Program-made: the position numbers and the translations under genes
Shown here: positions 15,166 through 23,489 of the stretch, in pieces
Numbering within the stretch: position 1 is the first letter of the stretch
Layout: each line of letters begins with the position of its first letter
NCBI GenBank assembly: GCA_039033615.1
Contig: JBCCCJ010000001.1
Coordinates: 1 to 24,765 of the forward strand
Direction of reading: 5' to 3'
Length of the DNA stretch: 24,765 nt
Source of the DNA: Bacteroidota bacterium
GTDB lineage: Bacteria; Bacteroidota; Bacteroidia; J057
The notes under the pieces: model-generated
What the model saw: the letters and a program-made list of their open reading frames with translations, nothing else
Told to the model about the DNA's origin: nothing
The model's database searches: none

Positions 15166-18100
15166 TTATCGGTTGAGCGGAATGGGATAGACCCATGTGC
15201 CTTGGGAATTGAGGTAGCCAATGTTGCCATCCAAGATGACCTGATAGAGGCCGTCTCGATAGTGAATTTGTTCAAACATGGGCGAAAAGAGGACTTCTCC
15301 CCGTTCATTGACCAAGCCTAGCAATTGATTGCAGGTAGCAACGACCATGTCTTCACTCGGGGGATGGACTTCGTCATAGCCAAAGATTTCTTGTAGTTCC
15401 TCGGACAAGTCTGGCGCTTCTACTGTTGCAAGGGGGCGAGGGGGCATCTGACTTCTGAGGTCCAGCACTTCCCAACGCTCCCGTTTCTTGTTCAAGACCT
15501 TGACCTTGGCGTAATCTAGCACCACCAAGTCATCGAATTTCATCGGCAGAATGGTATCCCCCTCCAGGTTCAACAAGCCCCATTTGCCCTGGCTTTTGAC
15601 GGCGGCCATGCTGTGTTTGTAAGGGCGAACCCGTTGGAAAGTAGGCGGAGCGATGATCTGAAAATTGGTGTCGATGATGCCCCAGCCACTTTGCTGGAGG
15701 ATGCGAGAGCGCCCTGCTACAAATCGCTCACTGATCAGGCGATAGCGGGGTTCCAGGACGGGCTCTCCCGCCAGATTGAAGTAGCCATATAGGCCTTTTC
15801 GCTTCACCCGAAAAAACTCGCCTCTTCTCCACACCCCGGCGTAGCGAGCGGGGATGAGCCAATTCCCATCGGTATCAATCACGCCTTTCCACCCAGCGCC
15901 GCGTGCGATGGCCCGCCCCTGATAAAAATCTTCCGCCCGCTGAAAACGAGGTCGGATGTGCCAGGCTCCCGTTCGGTTCAAGAAGCCATATTTGCCTTTG
16001 ATTTTGACGCGGGCGATCCCATCTACAAAATCTCCAGCCTGGTGGTAGATGGGCTCGATCTGATATTCTCCCTTCGGATCAATGTAGCCCCATCGCATGC
16101 GGCGCCGTACCCGCGCCAGCCCATCCACAAAGCTGCCCGCCCGATCAAACTGCGGCTGAACCACCAGCTTACCGACCTGATCCAAATAACCCCATTTGCC
16201 CGCGTACTTGACGGCCACCAAGCCCCCTTCAAAATCCTGACTCTCCTCATAGAGGCGGGAAAACTGCACGTTGCCCGTCATATCCAGGTAGAAAATCTTC
16301 TTTTGCCGCTGCTGAACAATGATCATACGAGTGGTATCTGCGGAATCACTGGCTTGCTCTGCCGGACCGGAAGCGAGAATGGCATCATACATTGGGGGGA
16401 TCATTTCCTCAAAACTGGTATCCACAGCTCCCCATTTGCCTTTGAATTGGAACGCCCCAAACCCATTGGAAAATGGTTTCACTGCTTCATACTTCGCCGG
16501 GAGGCCCCATTGTCCCCATTCGGTGAGGTAGCCCCATTGAGCGCGATAGGCCGTTTGAACCTCGGGCTTGCCACTCACCACTTTGGGGAGAGGAAGGTAA
16601 ATCATGGATTGACAGGCAGAGGCAATGCCATCTACCATGGGTCCGATGAAGGCGGTTTTTTTGATGGGAAAAATCGAGCCCCGGCGATCAATCAGGGTAA
16701 AGGCTCCGGTAACGAACTGAGCCCTGGCCACCCGCGAACTGGCAAAATCATCCATGTAGATGACGTTGATGTATTGATCGGGCCGGACCAATAAGCGGCC
16801 TTGCCGATGATCCACCAAGGCACACTGGCGATTCTCCACCTTGCCAGGCTCAAAAATCGCCATGGTAAGGCCTAATTCGGGATATACGAATACGTCGCTA
16901 TACTCAGGTCGAATCCGTACTCGTCGGCTGGAATCTCGCCATCCCCAGAGTCTTCGACGGTTGAGAAACCACCCATAATCGCGGGGATCAACTTCCTGGT
17001 CCAGGCTGAGGTCTTCCTCGATTTCTGCTAAGTCTTCGTCTGTTTTCTTCTGGACAATCAACCTTCGACGGAAAGCAAGAAGGCCTTCTTCTGTCAACGG
17101 GACTTGTTTCCACAGGGTGTCATTCCATACCAAAGCAGTCCTGCCCAATAGTTTCACCTCTCGATAAATGGGTTCAACCACCTTTTCTCCAAACTGATTG
17201 ATGACGCCCATGCGTCGGTCTTTTCTAACCACCGCGGCATTCCCCTGGAAATTGCCCTTGCTATTCCATTCGATCTCACTCAGCCAATTTCCTTTTTGGT
17301 CCATAATGCCCCATCTGAAATTTTCTTCCATCCAGATGCGGCGGGTCCGATCAATGTGAAGGTTGGCATACTCGGCTTCCAGGAATTGAGTTCCCTTCAA
17401 ACTGTACAACCCAAGGTTGGTATCTCGGCCGATGCTTCGCTGAACATACAGATACCCGCGATCTATCCAGGTAGTATCAAAAATGGGTGGGGTAATCACC
17501 TGCCCAGTGGAATCCAATAAGCCCTCTAACAATTCGGGGACTTCTGGAGCAGTTCCGTTCAGTTGAGCGATAGAATCTGCTGCAATCTCCCATTGGTTGC
17601 GCAGGCTATCGGGCAGGGGGTCCTGGTAAGCGAGGGTCCAAGGCGTCAAAAAACGAATGCTGGCTTCCAGGTTTTGCACGATAGGCTCCCCTTGAGGATT
17701 CCAAGCGGAGTACCAATCGCCTTGCCAGCCAACGATGAAACTATCCAGATACACCCGAAAATCTTCGTATTCTGCCGGAATGGAGAACCCCAACTCTGGT
17801 GCCCATACGCCCCAATTTCCATTCTCTTGACAGCTATATACCTGAGATCGCAAAGCCCGAATTGCCGTAAATCGAGGCGCAATCAATTCCGTCCCCAGGG
17901 TATCCAGCAGACCAATTTTCCCATCTAGCTGGATTTCAATGTATCCGCCTAACGCTTCTGAAAGATGGACCCGAAGCCGATCATATTGGGGGGGGACAAC
18001 AATGCCGCGATCCTGATGATACATGCCCATCTTCCCATCCTGGAGAAACGCGAAATAGCCCGCTTCTTGATCGGAATAGTCTTCGCTACTGTAGATGAAA

Positions 18101-18264
18101 TCAAAGGTCGGAGGAACCACTTCCTCGCCGGAGGAATTGATGAATCCCCACCGATCGCCCGATTTGATTTCGAACAATTGGGCCTGAACAAGCAGGGGAA
18201 ATGAGACCAGCGAGAAGCACAGCCAGCTTCGAAACAGATGAGGCATAACTAGAGACATATTCAT
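15166..18264 (-). CDS. Secreted WG-repeat protein (paralogue B, 1032 aa)
   Basis: Signal peptide ending VQA|QLFEI, WG repeats throughout. ATGA overlap with paralogue C and a 9-nt gap to paralogue A. Confidence 0.92.
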   Translation of the reverse strand: MNMSLVMPHLFRSWLCFSLVSFPLLVQAQLFEIKSGDRWGFINSSGEEVVPPTFDFIYSSEDYSDQEAGYFAFLQDGKMGMYHQDRGIVVPPQYDRLRVHLSEALGGYIEIQLDGKIGLLDTLGTELIAPRFTAIRALRSQVYSCQENGNWGVWAPELGFSIPAEYEDFRVYLDSFIVGWQGDWYSAWNPQGEPIVQNLEASIRFLTPWTLAYQDPLPDSLRNQWEIAADSIAQLNGTAPEVPELLEGLLDSTGQVITPPIFDTTWIDRGYLYVQRSIGRDTNLGLYSLKGTQFLEAEYANLHIDRTRRIWMEENFRWGIMDQKGNWLSEIEWNSKGNFQGNAAVVRKDRRMGVINQFGEKVVEPIYREVKLLGRTALVWNDTLWKQVPLTEEGLLAFRRRLIVQKKTDEDLAEIEEDLSLDQEVDPRDYGWFLNRRRLWGWRDSSRRVRIRPEYSDVFVYPELGLTMAIFEPGKVENRQCALVDHRQGRLLVRPDQYINVIYMDDFASSRVARAQFVTGAFTLIDRRGSIFPIKKTAFIGPMVDGIASACQSMIYLPLPKVVSGKPEVQTAYRAQWGYLTEWGQWGLPAKYEAVKPFSNGFGAFQFKGKWGAVDTSFEEMIPPMYDAILASGPAEQASDSADTTRMIIVQQRQKKIFYLDMTGNVQFSRLYEESQDFEGGLVAVKYAGKWGYLDQVGKLVVQPQFDRAGSFVDGLARVRRRMRWGYIDPKGEYQIEPIYHQAGDFVDGIARVKIKGKYGFLNRTGAWHIRPRFQRAEDFYQGRAIARGAGWKGVIDTDGNWLIPARYAGVWRRGEFFRVKRKGLYGYFNLAGEPVLEPRYRLISERFVAGRSRILQQSGWGIIDTNFQIIAPPTFQRVRPYKHSMAAVKSQGKWGLLNLEGDTILPMKFDDLVVLDYAKVKVLNKKRERWEVLDLRSQMPPRPLATVEAPDLSEELQEIFGYDEVHPPSEDMVVATCNQLLGLVNERGEVLFSPMFEQIHYRDGLYQVILDGNIGYLNSQGTWVYPIPLNR

Positions 18265-21200
18265 TCACTCAGCAGGCGAACCCATTGCAATTGTTCGTTG
18301 AGGTAGCCGACCTGATTGTGGTGGATCACTTGGTACAAGCCATTGCGAAAACGGATGTGCTCGTAGGTAGGGGGGAGGACAATTTCCCCTTTTCGGTTGA
18401 CCAGACCACACAGCTTTTGGGAGGCCCCCACGATGACTTCCGAACTGATGGCGGAGATTCGGTCAAAGCCAGGCACCACAATGGGCGTTCCTATGGGATC
18501 CAGGACGATGGTCATCCCTTCCAGGCTAGCGGTAGCGAATCGGGTTCGAGGGTATTTCTGGACAGATTCAAAGCGTTGGTTGGCGCGAGGCACCCCAAAT
18601 CGATCGCGGTATTCCCAGGTTTGGCGTTTGGTTTCGGGATCACGGGTGCGGCAACCGAGCCATTGCTCCGAGACCCATTCGATGCGCTCATATTCCAGAG
18701 GGATGAGGGTGTCGCCTGCTTGATTGATCAGGCCATAGCGAAGCGGTTTTCCGGCTCCGACGATGGCGACTCCCTGTTGGAACGCACCCGCCCGAGCGTA
18801 TCGAAAGCGGATGGCAACCTTGTCCTGCTCGTTGAGGTAGCCCCATTTGCGGTCTTTGCGGACCGCAGCCAAGCCTTCTGAAAAAGGTTCTGCCGACCGA
18901 TAGCTTGGTTCGATCAACACTTCTCCCCCGCGTTGGAGATAGCCCCATTGTTGGTCTTGCTGAAACGGGACCTTTCCCTCTCCTACTCCTCCCAAGCGGT
19001 GGTTGCCCATCGGGATTGCCCACTCGCCTTCGGCATCCAGATAGCCTTGCTGATTCTGCCCTTTGACGTAGATCCAATCGGCTCGGCGTTCGATTCGTTG
19101 ATATTTGGGTTTGAGCAAATAGCTCCCATCGGCATCTAGGAGGCCCATTTTCTTTTTGCGCACAATCGCCAGCCCATTTTTGCGATCTTCGATATTGATG
19201 TATCGGGCTTTGACGGCCCATTTGCCTTGCGCATTGAGGTAGCCCCAACGCTTTCCTTTTCGAGCAGCTGCCCAGCCTTCTTGAAAGGTCCGGACCCTTC
19301 GATAGCGATTTTTGATCTGCGACTCCCCTCGCTGGTCGATGAATCCCCAATTCCGTCGCACTTTTACGGGGGCCAATCCTTCGGCAAAAGGCTGAACCGC
19401 GGCGAAAGTCGGGGGGATGATGACTGCTCCTTTTTCATCCATGAAGCCCCACAGCTTTCCCAACCTGACTGGCAGTTTCCCTTCCTGAAAGGTTCCGACC
19501 GCATTCACATAGCGCTGCTGCCCCCCCTCCGCCAAGGAATCAGAGAGCTTTTCAAAGAGAAACTTCCCTTCGATGTCTAGGAAGGTGAATTTGTAACCGT
19601 GTAGGTGGGAAATTAATAGAGGGGACTCCAATCCATGATCGATGAGATTCATATATTGCGCTGGCAGCAGTTCTTTTCCTTGGTCGCCCAGCAGCCCCCA
19701 CAATTCATTGGTTCGGAAGGCGGCAGCCCCATCAGAAAACGGTCCGATATAGCTCGCGCTGGTGATTCTGCGTTCTCCATTGGGTAAAATGAGGCCCCAC
19801 CGTCCGTTGATGTTGCGCAAGGCCCCTTCGTCCGTCAATTGGTCGGAAGTGAGGGGTTCTTTGAGCTTCCTTCCCACCTGAAAGCGGTAGATGCTGTCGC
19901 TGGGAGCAGAGATCGCATTCACAAAACGCTGGCCGTCGAAGGCTAGGGATATTTCGCCAGGACCGCGCCCCCGTCTTCCATATGGATCCAGCAGCTCATA
20001 CACGGATGAGGGAAGTTTGGCCCGGAGAAAATTACTTCGCTCCAAATCCTCCACCATCATTTGCTCATAGCTGACAGAAAACATGAGATTCACGCTGCGA
20101 TGATGGAACAAGCCGTAGCGGGCCCGGCTTGGATACCTGGTGTTGAGGCCCACGATGCTGAATTCGTGTTGGGGATACACCCGAACCGAGTCATAGCGTG
20201 GCTTGAGGCGCAGACGTCCAACAATGGTATCGCGAATGCCCCATTTCCCCCGGCGCTGAAACCACCCATATTCCTGATACAGGTCTCGCTGACTGCTTTC
20301 GGAGCGGGTACGCAAAAATTTGTAAGCCGAGGCACTTTCGGCAATGATGAGCTTTCGCCTCCGAATGGGGTTCCCTGCTTCGTCGAAACGAAACTGTTTC
20401 ATACTGGTGTCCTTGTAGGCCCGTACCATGCCCGGATAAATCTGGAGGAATTCGTATTCCAGCGGTACGATGGTATCTCCCTGTCGATTGATGACACCGT
20501 ATGCCTCCGTATTTCGGATGCGGGAGACCGGACCTTCAAAAAATCCTGGCGCATCATAGGTCGGGGGAAAAACGGGTTCCCCTTCTGGCGATAGGAGTCC
20601 CCACCTTTCTCCATCCGAAAACCAAATGTGTCCACTGGTGTCTATGCGAATATTGCGGTAGGCAAAATCCAGCAGGGTATCTCCTTGGGGCGACAATATG
20701 CCCCAGCGAACATTGGCGCGAGCTTTGAAAAATGGCCCCAGGGGAAGCAAATGGTCATAAGCAGCCGGCGTAACGGGCGTATTTCCTTTCCCCAATATGC
20801 CCCAGTTGTTTCGATCCTGATACAAAAAAACGCCCTGACTCCAACGTTTGATGTGGACGGGTGCGGCTTCGATCAGGCGTTCTCCCTGCTGATTCCAAAC
20901 ATGAGATCGCCCCTCAAGGTCTAGCCCAACGATGAGGGTTTCTGCTGCTTTTTTTAGGTAAAAAATCCTCCGGTATTTCACAGGTAAGGACCACTCATTG
21001 GTCAGGTGGCGAAGTCCCCACCGCTTTCCTTTTCGCAGGCTTACACAGCCAGGAAACAGGAGGTCAATTGCATCGTACTCAGCGGGAATGTTTTGGTTGT
21101 CTTCGGGGCGAAGGAGGCCATATTTCCCTTCGATGACAATTTTGAGGCTACGCTCATCATCGGGTTCGAGGAAAATCTGATCGTATTTGGGGGGAAGAAT

Positions 21201-21422
21201 TTCCCCCAGGTCGATGTGGTACAGGCCCGTTTTGCCTCCCTTTTGGGTAAGGAAGTAACGGGAATCCTCCGAGGGATAGAGATAGTCAAAGGTTGGTTCC
21301 AACACGACCCGCCCGGTTCGGTCCATCAAGCCCCATTGATTGTTGGCTTTGATTTCATAGAGCTGAGCCAATGCAGATGCCGGACAGAAGAATAAGAGAA
21401 GAGCGTAAGCAAGGAGTCGCAT
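18261..21422 (-). CDS. Secreted WG-repeat protein (paralogue C, 1053 aa)
   Basis: Signal peptide ending ALA|QLYEI, WG repeats throughout, same C-terminal GLY..V...[IV]GYL...W motif as A and B. Confidence 0.92.
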   Translation of the reverse strand: MRLLAYALLLFFCPASALAQLYEIKANNQWGLMDRTGRVVLEPTFDYLYPSEDSRYFLTQKGGKTGLYHIDLGEILPPKYDQIFLEPDDERSLKIVIEGKYGLLRPEDNQNIPAEYDAIDLLFPGCVSLRKGKRWGLRHLTNEWSLPVKYRRIFYLKKAAETLIVGLDLEGRSHVWNQQGERLIEAAPVHIKRWSQGVFLYQDRNNWGILGKGNTPVTPAAYDHLLPLGPFFKARANVRWGILSPQGDTLLDFAYRNIRIDTSGHIWFSDGERWGLLSPEGEPVFPPTYDAPGFFEGPVSRIRNTEAYGVINRQGDTIVPLEYEFLQIYPGMVRAYKDTSMKQFRFDEAGNPIRRRKLIIAESASAYKFLRTRSESSQRDLYQEYGWFQRRGKWGIRDTIVGRLRLKPRYDSVRVYPQHEFSIVGLNTRYPSRARYGLFHHRSVNLMFSVSYEQMMVEDLERSNFLRAKLPSSVYELLDPYGRRGRGPGEISLAFDGQRFVNAISAPSDSIYRFQVGRKLKEPLTSDQLTDEGALRNINGRWGLILPNGERRITSASYIGPFSDGAAAFRTNELWGLLGDQGKELLPAQYMNLIDHGLESPLLISHLHGYKFTFLDIEGKFLFEKLSDSLAEGGQQRYVNAVGTFQEGKLPVRLGKLWGFMDEKGAVIIPPTFAAVQPFAEGLAPVKVRRNWGFIDQRGESQIKNRYRRVRTFQEGWAAARKGKRWGYLNAQGKWAVKARYINIEDRKNGLAIVRKKKMGLLDADGSYLLKPKYQRIERRADWIYVKGQNQQGYLDAEGEWAIPMGNHRLGGVGEGKVPFQQDQQWGYLQRGGEVLIEPSYRSAEPFSEGLAAVRKDRKWGYLNEQDKVAIRFRYARAGAFQQGVAIVGAGKPLRYGLINQAGDTLIPLEYERIEWVSEQWLGCRTRDPETKRQTWEYRDRFGVPRANQRFESVQKYPRTRFATASLEGMTIVLDPIGTPIVVPGFDRISAISSEVIVGASQKLCGLVNRKGEIVLPPTYEHIRFRNGLYQVIHHNQVGYLNEQLQWVRLLSE

Positions 21423-21463
21423 AATCAGGGATCGGGGGCAGAGAACGGGGTTTAAATCGCAGA

Positions 21464-21492
21464 TTTCCCCCTTTGGAGGGGGTAGGGGGAGG
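21464..21492 (+). repeat. REP-like hairpin with G-tracts
   Basis: TTTCCCCCT-TTGG-AGGGGG-TAGGGGGAGG. Partial relatives at 7117-7139 and 4776-4789. Confidence 0.45.
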
Positions 21493-21577
21493 AAAATGAT
21501 TCAGGAAGCAGAACCGGAGATCACTCCCTTGTGGTGGGGCAGTGCGGGCGGTAAAGGACTCATGGCAACAACATATA

Positions 21578-21625
21578 GCAGAGAGGAGAGGCGTCAGAAT
21601 CTACTCTGAAGCTTCGCCTCTCTGC
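21578..21625 (-). terminator. Long imperfect hairpin downstream of the 487-aa lipoprotein gene
   Basis: GCAGAGAGG...TCAGA-ATCTAC-TCTGA...CCTCTCTGC (9-bp outer and 5-bp inner stems), followed on the minus strand by TATATGTTGTT. Confidence 0.5.
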
Positions 21626-21653
21626 TTGGGAGATCAAATCAGGATCAGGGCAG

Positions 21654-23117
21654 TTAGCCTGCCGATACGATGAGTGCGCGGAGGTCAGCCGGAGAAGTGA
21701 TGGTGGTGCCCGCTTCCTTCATCTGGAAAACAAAGTCTCCACTTGGTTTTTGCTCTGCAAAATCTTCCACAGAGAACACTGCAACTTCGTTGCCTGGGAG
21801 GAAAGCAAAGATCATGTTCTTGGTGTTAGGAGCATATTTGAACTGGCTCCAGCCATTCCAGCTACCCCCACGGGCATAGGGAATGACTGCATTATCCTCG
21901 GGCATGACCAGATATACCTGTTCGATGATGCTAGGGTCCACCGGAATCTCGAATTCGTCGAAGCGAAAATCTGCCGCCAATACCATCTGGGGACGATTCC
22001 ACAGGCGATCACAGTTGTAGATGCCAAAGGAACTGATCTGGAAAGCCCGCTCGATGCGCTGACGCTTGGCTGCCAATTGGCGCTGCGTTCTCATCCGCTC
22101 CCGAGCCGCGAGAATTTCCTGGCGACGCTGCTCTTGCTTGCGGCGCAATTCTGCAAATAGCTCCTGGGTCTGAGCATAATTTTCTTCTTCCACTACCGGA
22201 GTTACCAGCATTTTGGCTTCCTTCTCCTTGTTGCGCAGGGTGAAGTAAAAGATGCCATTCCGCTTGGGGTGTTGTTGCACACTGACATTGGCCCATACTT
22301 CGCCAAAAATCCATTCGGCAGTATTGGGATTCACATAACCCTCTTCCTCGATTTGGGCATATTGCCACACCAGTTCTTTATAGGGTGCCAAAGCAGGGAA
22401 TTGAGAGTAGTCTGCATCAAAATCAAAAGGCGTGGCATCTTCTGCCAACTTCTTGGGTTCATAGGGTTCAGCCGGAATTTCTTCTTCTGCCAATTCCATG
22501 ATGGCAGCGATTTCTGGGTCGGAAGCCCAATCCATTTCTTCCCCTTGGCTGGGGTCCATGACGCTCTCGGCTTGGGAAGTTTCCAGGTACGACCAGTTTT
22601 GCGTTTCCTCGTCCAACTGATAGAGGTTGTAGCCATGTTCAGGCACGTAGGAATTCAGGTCGAGATCAATGGCTTTGCCTTCGGCGATGAAGACAGGCCG
22701 TCCATTCTGGTTGGCGCGGATCTCCACCATGCCTGCGGTCTGAAAGACAAAGGTCTGACCAGCAGAGTCATATTGCATGGGGATGCCACTCATCAGAATA
22801 TCAGCCGCATCATGAAACTCCCGGTAGCTGAGGTCCACTTTTCCCTGAACGGGTTGATTGTTGGCGTCCACCAACACTCCAGCAGGGATGCGGATAGAGG
22901 TGCCATTTTCGAGGGTCAATTCCGTCCCTTCGCTGGCTTCGACGGTGAAGCGTTGTATGGGGACCTGAACGTTTTCCAGGGGAGGATTGATTCCGATATC
23001 AGCTACCTGGATAGCTGGAGTGGAATCCAATTGGGCAGATTCTTCAGTGGCGTCTGGCGCACAAGCACTCAGGAAGCCCATTGCGACGATGGCCCAAAGC
23101 AAAGATTTCAGATTCAT
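21654..23117 (-). CDS. Uncharacterised lipoprotein (487 aa) with beta-rich N-domain and coiled coil
   Basis: Lipobox FLSA|C followed by acidic residues. IRIPAGVLVD...VQGKVDLSYREF...ILMSGIPM...TAGMVEIRA, a charged helical stretch, then FQISSFGIYNCD. Confidence 0.88.
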   Translation of the reverse strand: MNLKSLLWAIVAMGFLSACAPDATEESAQLDSTPAIQVADIGINPPLENVQVPIQRFTVEASEGTELTLENGTSIRIPAGVLVDANNQPVQGKVDLSYREFHDAADILMSGIPMQYDSAGQTFVFQTAGMVEIRANQNGRPVFIAEGKAIDLDLNSYVPEHGYNLYQLDEETQNWSYLETSQAESVMDPSQGEEMDWASDPEIAAIMELAEEEIPAEPYEPKKLAEDATPFDFDADYSQFPALAPYKELVWQYAQIEEEGYVNPNTAEWIFGEVWANVSVQQHPKRNGIFYFTLRNKEKEAKMLVTPVVEEENYAQTQELFAELRRKQEQRRQEILAARERMRTQRQLAAKRQRIERAFQISSFGIYNCDRLWNRPQMVLAADFRFDEFEIPVDPSIIEQVYLVMPEDNAVIPYARGGSWNGWSQFKYAPNTKNMIFAFLPGNEVAVFSVEDFAEQKPSGDFVFQMKEAGTTITSPADLRALIVSAG

Positions 23118-23489
23118 AATACCTGTAGTTGGATAGAATGAGAAAGTGAGAAGGATAGAAGGTCTGGCGGTTGAAATCAGTTCATGGGTGTGCTTGCCAT
23201 TCAGCTCATGAGAACCGGATGGAGAAAAAGGAGAGGACCCTGCTATTCGTCAGAACGAAACGTTTATTCTTCCGATTAATCTAAGGAACGCTTCAAAAAT
23301 GACCCTACATTCTTGCTTGACCTTTTGCACGAATCCTAGGTCAGAGAATCCTCACCTAGCTCGCTAGGCTCGGTTTTTCTTCCTTGAATTTGCACAAAAT
23401 CTCTGCCCAAGCTCTGGTGTGTGATTTCCTCAGCGTTCCTATAAGGGGGAAAAGATGAATAATGAATATCTGCGTTTACGGTCAAATAA

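Noticed and set aside
12016-21422. Diversity-generating retroelement or shufflon acting on the WG paralogues
   Set aside because: No reverse transcriptase or recombinase, and I saw no near-identical DNA repeats between paralogues; similarity is at protein level only.
15958-23141. Long antisense or alternate-frame ORFs (15958-16794, 18285-18881, 18688-19350, 20061-20594, 22269-23141)
   Set aside because: They lie entirely over well-supported genes and have no motifs; stop-poor shadow frames are expected at this GC content.
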